Positions 29,797 to 44,140 of a DNA stretch of 64,000 bases are shown piece by piece. The DNA comes from the human T2T-CHM13v2.0 reference genome, Homo sapiens. Below the pieces are notes generated by a model. That model ran no database searches and was not told where the DNA came from. It worked only from the letters and a program-made list of their open reading frames with translations. The position numbers were made by a program, and so were the translations under genes. Numbering within the stretch: the first letter of the stretch is position 1; each line of letters begins with the position of its first letter. Where the stretch lies: the NCBI RefSeq assembly GCF_009914755.1, contig NC_060934.1; one strand, 5' to 3'.

Positions 29797-31317
29797 GCTT
29801 CTTTAATCTGCAGCATTCCCACAATCTTTGTCTTTTATGATGTTGATGTTTAGAAATGAATATATTTCTCCTTCTGTGCTTTTTGGATGTTTTACCGTGA
29901 TTAGTTATTTATTCTTAGTTAAGAATATTGAATCAGTGATGTGGTGTCCCCCTTAGGATATCACATTTTATTTCACCCTTGTAACTAATAAACAGTCTCT
30001 GAGGTGACACTTTAGGAACACACAAATATCTTGCCCATCATCAAAACTTCCCCCCAGATTTAGCAGCTATTAGTGATTCTTGCCTGGCACAATATTTATT
30101 ATGGTGATCATAAAATGAGCAATTCCCTAACTCTAACCTGACCTCAACAATTATTGGTCAAGTCTCAGTATTTACTGTAAGTAAGAATCTATTTGTTTTT
30201 TAATTCATCAATCTATCTATTACCAGTGTGGGATTATCATTTTCTATGTTTTAGTAGCTCATAATTTATAACTATAGTTAATTATTTTGATGCTCACATA
30301 TCCCAGATTTGGCCAGTGGAAGCCTTTTCAAACAGTGACTCCCATGCCACTGAAGTTTTTTTCTTTTTTACCACTGAAGTTTTCTTTTTTTTTAAGTATT
30401 TCTTTTCTTTGTTTTTTTCCTTTTCTTAAAAAAAAAAACTGTACTGATTTCAGTTCTTATCTTTATTAATTTATCTCTTGTACTTCGTTAGGTTTAATTC
30501 GGTCTTCATCCTCTACTTCTTTCTTAAGGCTTAAGCTTAGATAATTGCTTATAGACATTGTTTTTCAACATAAGCATTGAAAACTATACCACCCATCACA
30601 GCTTTAGCCATATTCCACACATTTTGATGTTCTGTATTCATTTATATTCACGTATATTTTCCCTGTTGATTTCCTCCTGGATCCATTAATTATTTGGAAG
30701 TGTGTAATGTTTAGTTACAAGTTTCAAAGGTATCAAAGATATCTTTCTGTTATTGGTTTCCGATTTACTTCTGTGGTCACAGAATATACTCCATATACAC
30801 TTCAATCTTCATAATTTACTGAGAATTATTTGTGGCCCAGCCTGTGGCCCACCTTAAGCATTCCATTTGCATTTGAAAGGGTTATTTTCTGCTCCAGTTG
30901 AGTGTTGTGCTCTACAAGGGTCAACTAGTTCAAGTTGGTTGACCACGCTATTCAAACCTTCTCTATTATTACCGTTTCTCCTTGACAATTATTAAGTATT
31001 AAACCAAATATTAGAGTAGTGTTTTGAAATCTCAATCATAATTATGGATTTTACTTCTTTCAGTAATGCTAAATTTTGCTTTATGTATTTTGAAACACTG
31101 TTATTGTACATACACACTTTGGATTGTTGTCTTGTAGATAATTAACTCTTTTATCATTATAAAATTTTCCTCTTTATCACTAGAAATAATCCTTATTCTG
31201 AAGACTATTTTTACTGATATTACACAGCCACTCCAGCTCTCGTGTGATTATTCTTCATCTTAAATATGTCAACCTAAAGAAGAAGCAGAGGTACAAAATA
31301 TAATGTTAAAAAGTGTA

Positions 31318-31708
31318 TGTATTAGTCCATTCTCACACTGCTATAAAGAATACTACCTGAGACCGGGTAATTACAAAGGAAAGAGGTTTAGCCAACTCAC
31401 AATTCCACAGGCTTAACAGGAAACATGGCTAGCAGGCCTCAGGAAACTTACAATCACGGTGTAAGGCAAAGGGGAAACAGGCGGCTTCTTTATTAGGGCA
31501 GCAGATGGGGGTCTGAGCCTGTGAAGGAGGAACTGTCAAACACTTATAAAACCATCAAATCGCCTGAGAACTCACTCATAAAACAGTATGGGGGAAACCA
31601 CGTCCATAATCAAATCACCTCCCCCCTGGTCCCTCCCTCAACACATGGAGATTATGGGGATTATAATTCAAGATGAGATTTGGGTGGGGACACAGCCAAA
31701 CTGTATTA
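31318..31708 (-). mobile_element. MSTA/THE1D-type MaLR LTR nested in the ERV1 LTR
   Basis: TGTATTAGTCCATTCTCACACTGCTATAAAGAA...GATGAGATTTGGGTGGGGACACAGCCAAAC; near 5-bp TSD GTGTA/GTTTA. Confidence 0.9.
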
Positions 31709-31803
31709 GTTTACTTGAGCCAAAGTGTGGACAGCTGCCCAGGAAAAAAAAATACTTCCAAGTTGCCTTGAGAAGTGCTCTATTCTGCCTTTGTTACCAA
31801 TAG

Positions 31804-32008
31804 CTTTGTTTGCTTGTTTTATATTTTACTTTAAGTTCCAGGATACATGTGCAGAATGTGCAGGTTTGTTACACAGCTATACGTGTGCCATGGTGGTTTG
31901 CTACACCTATCAACCAGTCATCTAGGTTTTAAGCCCCACATGCATTAGGTATTTGTCCTAATGCTCTCGCTCCCCTTGCCCCACCTCCCACCACAGGCCC
32001 AGGTGTGT
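31804..32008 (-). mobile_element. Short L1PA7/8-like 3' end nested in the ERV1 LTR
   Basis: TTTAAGTTCCAGGATACATGTGCAG...TAGGTTTTAAGCCCCACATGCATTAG; TSD TTACCAATAG at 31794-31803 and 32009-32018. Confidence 0.9.
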
Positions 32009-34009
32009 TTACCAATAGGTTTTTAAAGACAAAAGGGAACAAGGAGTAGGTTGATACAAAGTTATTTAACAAGAATCCTCACTGCTTTACAAAAATAACA
32101 TGCATTAGTGATTAGCTATACACTGTTGAACTACAGAGTATGAGTTACAGTGTCCAGTATATGGCATTGTTAGGTTAATTTTAGGACTACTTAGCATCAG
32201 TCAGCCTAGAGCCTTATAGCAAGTGGCTTCGAGGGGTAATTACTTTCTTAGCTCAAGCTGGGAGTGACACTTAACTCCTGTCACATTTCAATGCCTTTTT
32301 GGGCCTGATAATTTAAAGGGGCCCACATCCCTCAGATAAAAAATTTCCTTTCTTTCTCAAATACATTTTCAGCCCTTTTCTTTAAGCCTATCTGGGTCTT
32401 TTCATTTAGGATGTGTTTCCAGTAAGCTGAATATAACTGGATCTTCTTTTTAAATCTAGTTTTATAATCTTTGCTTTTTAATTGTGCATTTAGGTTATTT
32501 AATTATCAACATTGTAATGTTCAAATATACAATTTTATTTTTTGATTCTGTTCTATGTAAACCATCTGTTCTTTGTCCCCTTTTTTCTTCCTTCTTTTGG
32601 GGTAACAGAATATTTTAGTATTTCATTTTAGCTGCACTTTTGGCTCATTAGCTATATATACATTTTTGTTTTATTTTGTCAGTAGTTACTCTATGGTTAA
32701 ACTATGAATCTTTAATCACAATCTACCCTCAAATAATATTATACCCTTTCATGTATAAGACTCTTAAATTAGTGTACTTCAATTCCCCTTTGAGTCCTTT
32801 GTGCATTGTTGTCATACATTTTAATTCTACATATAGGATAAGCCCACAATACATTATTTTTTCTTTGATGATTCATTATCTTTCAAAGAAACTCCAAATT
32901 CACATGTTAGAATCCATGCTCTTGTTTGTCACTAAATTTCTGTGGGTTTTTGTCTTTTTTCATTCTTTGCCTTATTTTAATTAATTTCTATCTATACCCT
33001 CTTAATTTCAGTAATCTTTTTTCTATCTTTTATAATCTAATTTTAAGCCCATTTGGTAAAATATTTTATTAGAGATACTGTATTTCATGTCTGTAAAATT
33101 TGTTATTCTTTTTACATCTTTTTAAAAGATCATTATGTTCATGTTTTAAAATCATCAAGCATTTCGACAGTAGTTATTTATAGTCTTTGTTGACTCCTTC
33201 ATTATTATTATTTCTGGGTCTGTTTCTATTGACTCTTTTTTCTCCTGGTTATAGTTAGCACTTTCCTACTTCTTACCCTGTGTAGTCATTTGTGATCAAA
33301 GAATGGCTTTTGTCAATTTTTTGTTGTCGAGTGCCAGCATTTATTGTTTTTCATTAGAATGTTATTTTCTTCTTTTCTATGAGGCAGACAAGTTACTTAT
33401 GAATCATCTTTATCTTGGAGTTTTATTTTTAAGCTCCTTAGGGTTGGATTTAGAGAAATCTTTATTTTAAGGCTACTTTGTCCCTCCAACTAACTTATAG
33501 ACCTTTTGGGATCTCTACTACATGAATTAGCTATTCAGGGAGAACTCCCTACTCTGACTGGTTAGAACTCAAATGTCTCCCAGCCACGGGTTGGGATTTG
33601 AATTAACAGAACCTTGAGGGTTGACAGAAGGGCTCCGTGGAGCTCAAATGAGACCTCTGAGGAAGGGCTGCTGCTCTAGTACTCATGTTTAGGAGCTTGG
33701 AAAAGAGTTCACAGGGAAATGGGGCAGCTCCAAGATAGTAAATATGGGCTGTTTCCTATGAGAGGACACAATGAAGCTCTTTCTGGGAGTGGTGATAAAA
33801 ACCTGTGCAAGGAGTGTTCATAAGATAACACTTACACCAACAGCAAGAGATATGAAAGACAAGTTGCTTCCCCATTCACCCTAATTTCCAGATTCCCACT
33901 GGACTTAACAGTTTTGCAGCATTCCAGACCAAAGCAGAATAGAGAACAGTGGATTTGGTGCCAAAATAGCAACTTAACATGAAGGATAGTTTCCTGAGGT
34001 TTTGTACCA

Positions 34010-34580
34010 TGTTCCTCTCCTATAAGCAGAGTGTGAAAGTGCTAATTTTTAGCATTCTTACCAACTTTACCAAAACCCTTGGAATTATCACATTTAAAAC
34101 TCATGCCACTATATGTATAAAATGATATATCATGATTGTTTTGCTTTGCTTTCCCAGATAAAATTTTTGAGGCTGAGCATCTTTTCGTTATTTACTAGCC
34201 ATTGTGCTTTCTTTCTGCCAATGGAATGTTCGTATGTTTTATACATTTTCATTAAGTTGTTTATCTTTTTTTGTTGATTTGTAGGGGTTTTTATTTAATG
34301 AATTCTGAATATTAATCCTCCATTTATGCCCTGCAAATATTCTCCCTCTCTTAAGCTTGCCTTTTGACTGTTTTCTACGTTCTTCCATAAACAGGTTTTT
34401 TTTAATTTAGTGAAGTCAAACTTCTGAATCCTTTCCTCTATGCTTTACGCTTTTTATGTCATTAAAATAAATTCTTCCCAGTTCTGATATAATAGCCTCC
34501 TATATTTTCTTCCTGAAGTTTAAATTTTTTGCTTATCACATTGAGCCCTTTAATCTATTCAGAATTTATTTAACTTTGTA
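34010..34580 (-). mobile_element. Decayed L1M ORF2 fragment
   Basis: GAGGCTGAGCATCTTTTC...CTGCAAATATTCTCC...TTTAATCTATTCAGAATT. Confidence 0.65.
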
Positions 34581-34839
34581 CTCACTTTTTGCCTCTTTTT
34601 ATGTGCCCTGCACAGAAGTACATTCCAACACTCCATCCCCTTACCTAAATCCTGAATTTTTTATAGTTCAGCTTAGTTACCAATGCCTTTATGAAGCCTT
34701 CCCTGACTGCTCCAGCCTTCAATGACTTTCCCTCCTCAGCCTCCTAAGACATTTATCACTGAATTTTATATTAATGTATGCCTATGCATGATAGTGAATT
34801 AAATATATGCAGCACTCAGGCAGGTAATCTTAATGAGTA

Positions 34840-35145
34840 AATAGGATGAGAATCAAGACTATACGAAGTGTAGGGAGTGGACTAGCACATGCTTCATTTC
34901 AGAGATAGTGGCTACTCAGCTCTAGCCAACTATTTCTTATGTGGTAGAAATAATGTTGCATAGGCCCAGAGTTGCCAGATCTACTATTATAATTTTCAGG
35001 ACCACCTAGCTATCTAAAACTTGTATGTGAAATATTCTGATATTTAAATCTTACCAATTCATTTAAAAATATTTTTAAAGCATTATGTTGGGGGAGGGGA
35101 GAGTATTTCCTGATAAGATTCAGTCATTCCATTTCCAATCTCTAA
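34840..35145. mobile_element. hAT-Charlie MITE (MER102-like)
   Basis: GGCTACTCAGCTCTAGCC...GGCCCAGAGTTGCCAGATCT...TATGTGAAATATTCTGA. Confidence 0.55.
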
Positions 35146-35959
35146 TCTCTGGTTTAACTGTTTTTAATATGTTAATTAATCTCATTATTTGCCTCTTGAA
35201 TTAAATTATAAACCCCTTGATTACAGGAACACTCACTTTGTAGACTCTATAGAACCTACAGGGGTGAGCCAATGATAAATGCTCCATAAACTCATGATTG
35301 ACTGTTGATTGACAGTATACATCATATTTATATGCTGAGCCACAATCCTCTCCACAATCATATGCTGAGGAGAGGACTAGCTTGCACAATGAGGTACCAT
35401 AACCAAGAAGGCTGCTCATCTCATGAGCGTTTGTCATTACAGTGAGACCCACATTCATGGAAAACACATCTCCCAAAGCTGTGATCATCCCAGCCTAGGA
35501 GTGGGATGCCAGGACACATTCTGGACACTCTGCCAGAACATATCAAACCTAAGAACTTTTAAGTATCAGTGGTCTGGGTTGTACAAAAACCAGATGCCCA
35601 CTTCTCATAGAAGCATAGAGGAGTAGAAAGAAGTAGGGAAGACCTCCAATGCCTTTGTCTTTTAGGAAAATAAAATCCTGACTCTGAGGATAGTCATGGC
35701 ATGGCCATTGTTGTCTATTTATTGTCCTGGGTCCTTATGCTCAGAGTCAGCAACCCCACACTATCAAGCTCACAGACAGCCTAAGAAATGATCCAAAGAC
35801 TCCTCTGTCTTATGAAAGCAGGCTTATACCAGGAACCAAACACTCAAATGCAAAGCCTGGGTTCATCTCTGAGGAGGCCTGGCTGAGATGTCTGGCCTCT
35901 CTGACACTCTATTTTCACTTTTAGGGAAAGAACAGGCAGACTGCATCTCCTCAGTGGGA

Positions 35960-36190
35960 GAAGCAGCAGTGCTGGAGTGGTAAAAGGCACAGACTCTCAG
36001 ACCAGCCATGAATATGAACCTAGCTGAGAGACCCAGAAAAAGTTACTTAACTAACCTCCCTGTACTTGAGTTTCCACAGCTACGAAATGAGGTCAAATAG
36101 TAAACTTAGCCCACTAGGTTGTTCAGAAGATCAAACGACATTTTAACTGTAAAGCTCACTGCAAATTGTTGGTTTGAGATCACAGTCATG
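35960..36190 (+). mobile_element. MIR
   Basis: GAAGCAGCAGTGCTGGAGTGG...AAGTTACTTAAC...GAGTTTCCACAGCTACGAAATGAG. Confidence 0.65.
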
Positions 36191-36509
36191 AGAGAAGTTG
36201 GTAGACTGCATGGTGTCCTTATTACAGGCTCTTTTGCTCTGCTCCCTAGAGCTCTCCCCACAGCATACAAAGTGATAGTTTTATTATTGTTATTATTGTT
36301 CCTTCTCCAAGATTTCAAATTCATGTGAGGGAAAATTTCTCAGTAGGATCTATTTCTGTTGAAAGTTAGTGTGTGGCCAACTCTAAGGCCATAAAGCTTT
36401 CATCCCCTGTTCCATACATTCACCTAGAAATAGGCCTGGGCAAAATCAGTTCTATGGGAGCAAAAGACTCCTTCAGGATCTTGCATGCAAAAAGTCCTAA
36501 AAGTTACTG

Positions 36510-37330
<821 letters not shown>

Positions 37331-37418
37331 GGACAGAACAGAGCAACTTCAATTTGGCTCATCAGTGATCCTAGGTTACTCCGTGTTGTGGTCAAACCAA
37401 CTCTTAGAAAACACAGGC

Positions 37419-37597
37419 CATTAGTTCTCCAACCTGTCTGCTGAGGCTCCAAGGAGCTTTTAAAGAAACCCTGATGCCCAGACTCCACTTGTAGATATTA
37501 AAATTGCCATTTCTGGCTTTGCAGTGAAGTCTGGACATGCGAGCTTTGTAAAGCACCCCAGTTGATTCTAATGTGCAGCCATGGCTGAGAAGAACTG
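37419..37597. mobile_element. MER5A hAT-Charlie MITE
   Basis: CTGATGCCCAGACTCCAC...CCCCAGTTGATTCTAATGTGCAGCCATGGCTGAGAAGAACTG. Confidence 0.75.
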
Positions 37598-38829
37598 TAC
37601 CAGGGTCTCTACCATTCTCCCTGGAAAGCCAAAAACTACTTTCCTTGCCTTTCACATCAATACTATCAGTGGGGAGGGTGAGGGAGTTTTGAATAATTTG
37701 CCCTGTATGAAAAGGACAGAGCCCCCTGCCTACTTTCTTGCTGAGGAGGGAGGCACCCCACCTGACTGGACCCTGTGAATCCACACTCTTCAAATTAACC
37801 TGTGAGATGACTGAGGAAAAAATTCTCCTCCGAGCCCAAACCTTCTTTCATATCAGCAGATACTCACTTTCTACATCTATATCTGTCTAATTAAAAAGAT
37901 GTACTGCTACCTTAATTTCCATATAAACTCATCACATTTATTCCAAGTGTTTGGAAAACCAAAGGAGGATTTATTAGTACAATAAACAAAGTGTTTCATA
38001 GAAATTTAAATGCATTTTTTGGCATACTTTACCAATAAAAAGAAAGAAGAGAGGTCCAGAATGGAACAATACCACTCATATGTGGAAATGGAAATCTAAA
38101 GACAGAAATGAGGGAGAATCTAAGAAGACAAAGGAAAAGCAATGAAACCTCAGATGCTTAGACCCTGAAAAGCAGGGCCACCCTAGCCCATAAAATACTT
38201 TTGTACATATTAGAGAAAGACACCCCTCCCCAGGATTCAGCCCCCCACTACCTTTAGAGAAGGGTGCCTGGGTTAATGTCCTGTGGAAGCCCCGTTGGAA
38301 ATGTTTTACCGAGGAACAGTCTGTTCTCCCACCTGCAACTCCTGCTTCTTGAGAAGTATCTGAGAATCTAGGGTCTTCTACCCATGAAGATTCATTCAGG
38401 CCAGTAGACAGACTTTTATTTAGGCAAGAAAAAAGGTAGATTCCAACAGTCCTTTGGAAGCACTACTGCACCTGGTAGTCTACCTAAAAATCACCAAGTT
38501 CTCACTGAATATTTGTTGAATGAACAAATTTCTTTTTCTGAGTAGGACATTGAGAGGGCTCTCTCAGCCAACTAAAAGAAACACAGAGGCACTGAGTATG
38601 CTTTTGGGAGTTGCCAACTTTCTCACCAGAGGAGCCCTCCTGTGTATCAAAGTATCCATGGAAAAGGATCAAGGTAAGGAATGTGCTATGCTCATCTCAC
38701 TAAGAGAAATGCGAAGAAAATATACTACACATTATGTATCCCAAGCCCACAATTTAAGGAAAGATTCATGAAGAAAATACGAGATTGGATTACCTGGGGA
38801 AGTTGAAGACAGGAACGATGGAAGCATCA

Positions 38830-39002
38830 CCAAATTTTAGAGCAGAAATTGACTCTGGAGACTGTCCAGTCCAGCCCTTTCATTTTGTAGTTGAAAAACT
38901 GGTGCCCAGAGACACAAAAGTCTGCATCCAGCCCCTCAGCTAACAAGTGATAGATTGGATTTGAGAACCCAGCTTATTTACTCCTCATCTGGTGCTGTTT
39001 TC
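38830..39002 (-). mobile_element. MIR3/MIRc
   Basis: GTCCAGTCCAGCCCTTTCATTTTGTAGTTGAAAAACTGGTGCCCAGAGA. Confidence 0.7.
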
Positions 39003-39218
39003 ATGCTCTTGTCTCCCTCTAGAAAGACTTGAGCAAAAAAGTTTGGAGGTGGAAAAATAAACATGCTGACCTTATTAACCAGCGTATGGACCATTACAGC
39101 TCCAGGGTTTCTGCCACCCCAATTCACCGATATTTTTTAATAGAATGATCAAAATGTCTTTTTTTGGGGGAGGGGGTGGAATTAAGGATGCCTCTCTTTC
39201 CTCCCAGCCCCACTATTT

Positions 39219-39400
<182 letters not shown>

Positions 39401-39800
39401 TAGCACACAGTATAAATGGTTACAAGCATTATGTAAATGTTATCATCAGCAAGTGGAGTTTGAGACTACCCCATTACTGTTTATCCTCTGACTCAGGGCG
39501 ACGGGCTCCCAGGGAGGTGGGGGTTGTGCCAGTGCCTGTTTATGCTGATGAAATCAAATCTCTGTGTGACAGTTTATAGGATGTCCCCCAAAACTTCCCA
39601 GGAATTATCCAAGAGTTTATGCAATCAGTGTTTTTTACATTAGTCGTTTGAAGTTGTTCAAGCAAACTGCCAAACTGGTCCTATCAAGCTGATCCAACAA
39701 TCTTTTCTCTGTCCCAGAATCCCGGTTATCTCCGACACACCATACCCCACCCCTGCCTCTACACACAAACACTTGTGGCTGTCTCCCTTGAAAGCAACAG

Positions 39801-39815
39801 GCTGCCACCCACTGG
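39801..39815 (-). promoter_or_regulatory. Candidate CTCF motif
   Basis: Minus strand CCAGTGGGTGGCAGC fits CCASYRGRKGGCRS; unique sequence. Confidence 0.35.
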
Positions 39816-40339
39816 TGAGAAATTAGCTTTCAGAAACCACAATATTGGCTTTTAAGACCCTGGAGATAACAGAAAGAAAATGTCAGGTTAAAACTTGGTA
39901 GTTCTTAAAAGGTGATAATAAGAAAGTGATCATTAGAGAAATGTTGCCAAGATTTAGTTTCCTAGGGTGGGAAAAAGAAAACATATGAGAAAAGAAATGA
40001 AAACATTGGGGCAACGCCTAAAGGGGAAAGAATTTTTCCTTGGTGAGTCCACAACTCTGAATTTAGCACTTGCAGTTACAGCAGGTTGCCGCATATCTCC
40101 TTTCTCCCAAGAAGAATACAAATCTCAGGATTGAAAGATTTTATTGCACCCATACCTCTTAAATTCCCCATCCCCCAACACAACGCTAACAAGAAGCTCC
40201 TCAGTCAGTTGAAACAGGTCTAGTGATTTTGGACTTGTAGTCTGGCTAAGAAGCTCAGCCCATGCTTGCCCATGCCTATATTAAGTTCCTCCCTAGTCAA
40301 CAGAAAAATCAGTGGAAATCTCGATTAGTAAACAAGATA

Positions 40340-40660
40340 AGAAAACAATGTTATTCTCACTAGTAATCAGAGGAGTGCAAATTAAAACATCAAGGTACTG
40401 TTTTTCACCCAGAAAAGTAGTAGCAATATTTCTCATTGATAATACCCCTTTGTGTTAATACTAATGCAATAAAATTAGCACTTTCATACATTGCTGGCAG
40501 CAGTGTAAATTGTTACTACTTTTCAGGAAGGCACAGTGATATATCCACAGTTCACACTCTTTGATCCAGTGAACATATTTCTTGTAATTTTTATTTTTAA
40601 AAACACAGTGGGAAAACAATTATATACCCAAGCATGTTCATTGCAGGTTTGTTTTGAAAT
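40340..40660 (+). mobile_element. Decayed L1ME ORF2 3' fragment
   Basis: CTCACTAGTAATCAGAGGAGTGCAAATTAAAAC...CATACATTGCTGG. Confidence 0.7.
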
Positions 40661-41465
40661 GACCTACTGTTTTAATAGAATTGCTACATCTATCATTATA
40701 CACTGACACAATTGAGTAGAATCCAGAAATTGTAAATGATGGTCAGAGATAGGTCACATTATGGAGTTTGCATACAGTATAATATTAATTCAAAAGAGAA
40801 GGATGCTATATCAGCCACGGTTTACCCTCTAGGCACTAAGAATCAACTGGCATTAGCTTCATCACATAAATATATATTAAAGCAGTCGCTGGGATCTGGA
40901 AAGCCAAAGTGAGTGGCAATCCAGCCTAGAATGTCACAGAGTAGTCCGGGAAAGACAGTGTGGCTGCTGCTGACACAGCATAGACACCTCAATATTCATG
41001 ACCACCAGCCTCTGCACTGAAGCCTATAGTCACTGACCACTAACTCCAGAACCTGGATGTAGCTGTCCCTAGAACATCAGTGTCTCCTGTGCAGTCCCTT
41101 CATCTTCAGGTCACCAGCTTTTAATTCAAGTCTAAGGTGCACCTGTTCATGAGCTTTAGGAGCTGCTGAGACAGTAAGGACCTGGCATTTGTAGTTGCCA
41201 CAGCGGGAGGAAAATCTCCTGAAAATTTTTACCAAAAAGGATGTAAATGCTAAACAGTCAAAAAATGATATATTTCCACCAGAAACACATAAAACAAAAA
41301 AGATTATGATTAGAAGTATGATTATGATTATGACTGCAACCAGCAAAAACTATTTACATTAGGGAAGAATTAAAAGTGACTGGATTTACACACAGAAGTT
41401 TGGGTGATTTTTCCTCTTCTCTCATAATGTTCAATCTCTGAATCAAATGTCCTTTTCAAATACAT

Positions 41466-41785
41466 GCATTAGTTTCCTAGGACTGTTGTAACAAATTATC
41501 ACAAACTTTGTGGCTTAAAATAAGATAAATTTATTCAGTCCCAGTTCTGGAGGCTAGAAATCCAAAATCATGGCCCAGGCCATGCTCCCTCTGAATGCTC
41601 TAAGAAGGAGTCCATCCTACATCTTCCTAGCTTCTAGTGGATGCCAGCAATCTTTGGTGTTCCTTGGCTTACAGCTGCACCACCCAACATCTTGATTACA
41701 TTTGCAAAGACCCTGTTTCCAATGAAGGTCTCATTCACAGGTTTCAGGCAGACATGAATTTTTGGGAGATACTCTCTAATAGTAC
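41466..41785 (-). mobile_element. MLT1B/C LTR, internally deleted
   Basis: TTAGTTTCCTAGGACTGTTGTAACAAATT...CAGTTCTGGAGGCTAGAAATCC...TTGCAAAGACCCTGTTTCCAA. Confidence 0.8.
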
Positions 41786-42415
41786 AATATTTTAGAGCTT
41801 TCTTCCTTTTGTTGAGACAAAGATCAAATATGTGTTATAAGGGACTGGCCTATATTTCTTTGGAATCCAAATATGGCTTTTGTTATATCACCTAGCATAA
41901 GGTTCAGTACATACTGGCATTTATTAAACACTTGATGAATGACAGAGTAAAGGAAAATACCAGGTATGGGAGGAAAATGTAATAATTAAAAACAGATAAA
42001 TGAATAAATCATTCTATATGAAGCTAATTTTAAAATCTACAAGAACAGAGACAATTTCTATAACCTCCTCATGATCAATTTTAATATCATCATCATGTAT
42101 TAAAGAATCTGACAAAATCACACCTGTCTATCCTCCTCATAGATGTTACAAAAAGGCTGCTTCCTAAATAGAACCATAACAAAAATACTACTACTACTAA
42201 TAAGCCCTGAACATGAGCTGAAAACCCTTTAACTCAAGGTCAGAGTAACACTGAGCAAAGCTATACAATACAGAAAGAATGTCATTGATTTCATTGGTAG
42301 ATGCTCTTTATGTTTTGAAAAGATAGGTGCATAAATATAGGCACAAAGTAGGTTAGCAAACCAAGTAGTTTAGGAGCGTTGAGTAGGTTGGGAAGATAAG
42401 TAACTATGTAGGCAA

Positions 42416-42452
42416 ATATATATATATATATATATACACATACATACATATA
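42416..42452. repeat. (TA)n/(TACA)n microsatellite
   Basis: ATATATATATATATATATATACACATACATACATATA. Confidence 0.9.
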
Positions 42453-43344
42453 GGTTAGATAAGTAGAATAATTAGGTAAGTAGATAAAATTTAACTGTGG
42501 ACCTATTTGCATTTTCCAGAACTCTCAGACAACAATATCCTGAGAAAAATACAACAACAGAAAGGGCTACAGTGGGACAGATTGAGGAGTGGGGATCTGA
42601 GTACAGGTTAAATTATTAGAAGGCAAAAGGGAGGACACCAGTAACTGTATACTAACAGTCCATAAATTGAAAGCAATTAAAATAGCATGCCCCTGAAATG
42701 CACCTACCACAGGGTGCATTCCAGTTCTGCATTCTCCAAATCCTTAATTACCCTTCACTGGATGGGAACTTTGATCCCTTATAAATTGCCTTAGCCCCCA
42801 GGGAACTGGAGATCCAGCTCTTGGGAGCCCTCTTGTCAGTGGAGCAGCCCCATTGTTTGGGAACAGAGCTCAGCAACAAAGAGAGAAAAGGGCAGACATC
42901 AATCAAGTCAAATGACAAGCTCCTCAAAGGGTCTGAGTGACCTCATTTTTGCCTAGTGAAATCCTATTAAGAGGCTTTCAGGAAGCTCACAGTTTAATTC
43001 AACAGTAATTACCTTTGTACAGTGAATAACAATCCTAATTTATTAACTGTATATAAATAGTATATGACTTAATTTTTAATAAACACAGCCCGCCTCAGGT
43101 GCCAGTGAGGAACATGGGCATATATTCATAGAAGTTCCTGTTCTGCTTGAGCAAAGCAAAAGAGAAAAGTAATTCAAAGCAGGTCAAGATATTACTTTTG
43201 CAGTCAATAAAAAGTTATGAGCATGCTCAGATGCCGTTCAAAACATTCCAAGATATGTCCTGGCTTCCTTGAGCCACCCACAGTTCAACAGCAGACAACA
43301 GAGAAATACAATAAGATGAAGGCATATATCAGAAATAAAATATG

Positions 43345-44140
43345 TATCAATAAGAATGTGTTCACCACAAGTTAACTTTGAAAAAGCTTATTAAAAAGGG
43401 CTTAAATAATAAAGTTATATTTTGTTTACTTAATAAGGAATTTGAAAAAAGTAACTCAGTGCAACAGCTCAATAACATCTCAAAAATCCAAGTTCTTTGT
43501 GTCCATTCGTTCTGCCATCCTCATTCTTACATCTGTGCCTTTATCATCACAAGAGGGCAGCCACCGCTCCAAGCACATTCAAGGCAAAAGACTGCTTCCT
43601 AATAAGAAATATAAATAAAACCATCTATGAGCCTAAGTAAATGTCTCTAGTTTTATGGTCCAGTAAAGGAATTATCCTTTTTGGAGTGCTGAGTAGGTTG
43701 GGAAGATAAGTAACTATGTAGGTGAATATATACATACATATAGGTTACATAAGTAGAATAATTAGGTAGATAGATAACATTTAACTGTGGACCTATTTGC
43801 ATTTTCCAAACCTCTCAGGAATTATCCTTTTCTGAACCATAAGACTAGAGAAATTTGCTTAGGTTCATTGATGGTTTTATTTATAGCAACTATAAGCTAT
43901 TAGGGAGCTTTTCCAAACTTTTCAGAAAATGTTTGTCTCCCTTCTCCCTCTGTTGGCTACCCCAGCAGAGCTTGTCTTTTGTCTCATTGGCCGCTAGGGC
44001 ACAAGGCCACCCTTACCTACAAGGGAGACTAGGAAAATTAATATACGGCAAAGGACACAGTGCCAATTGTTACTGTCACTCCACTCCTCACCCTCAAATA
44101 CAAACCATGGTGTGCCAGCAAAGAAAAGGAGAACAGACAC
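43345..44140 (-). mobile_element. Ancient MLT1 (J/K/L-type) LTR remnants, interrupted
   Basis: GGGCTTAAATAATAAAG...TTCTGCCATCCTCA...GTCTCATTGGCC...CTACAAGGGAGACTAGGAAA. Confidence 0.55.
43682..43816 (+). repeat. 135-bp copy of 42369-42528 inserted between 15-bp direct repeats
   Basis: AGGAATTATCCTTTT at 43667-43681 and 43817-43831; insert aligns end to end with the donor. Confidence 0.92.

Larger units (their letters stand above)
31267..32359 (-). mobile_element. ERV1 (MER4-group, MER87-like) solo LTR with 4-bp TSD
   Basis: TG...CA termini; TSD AATA at 31263-31266 and 32360-32363; minus-strand start TGAGAAAG...TTTTATCTGAGG...TTTAAATTATCAGGCCC. Confidence 0.7.
29800..33600 (-). mobile_element. 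Long decayed L1M (L1MC/MD-type) hosting nested insertions
   Basis: L1MC-like 3' UTR (CCCAGATTTGGCCAGTGGAAGCC) and antisense ORF2 motifs (CACAGCCACTCCAGCT, TTTATGTATTTTGAAAC). Confidence 0.7.
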
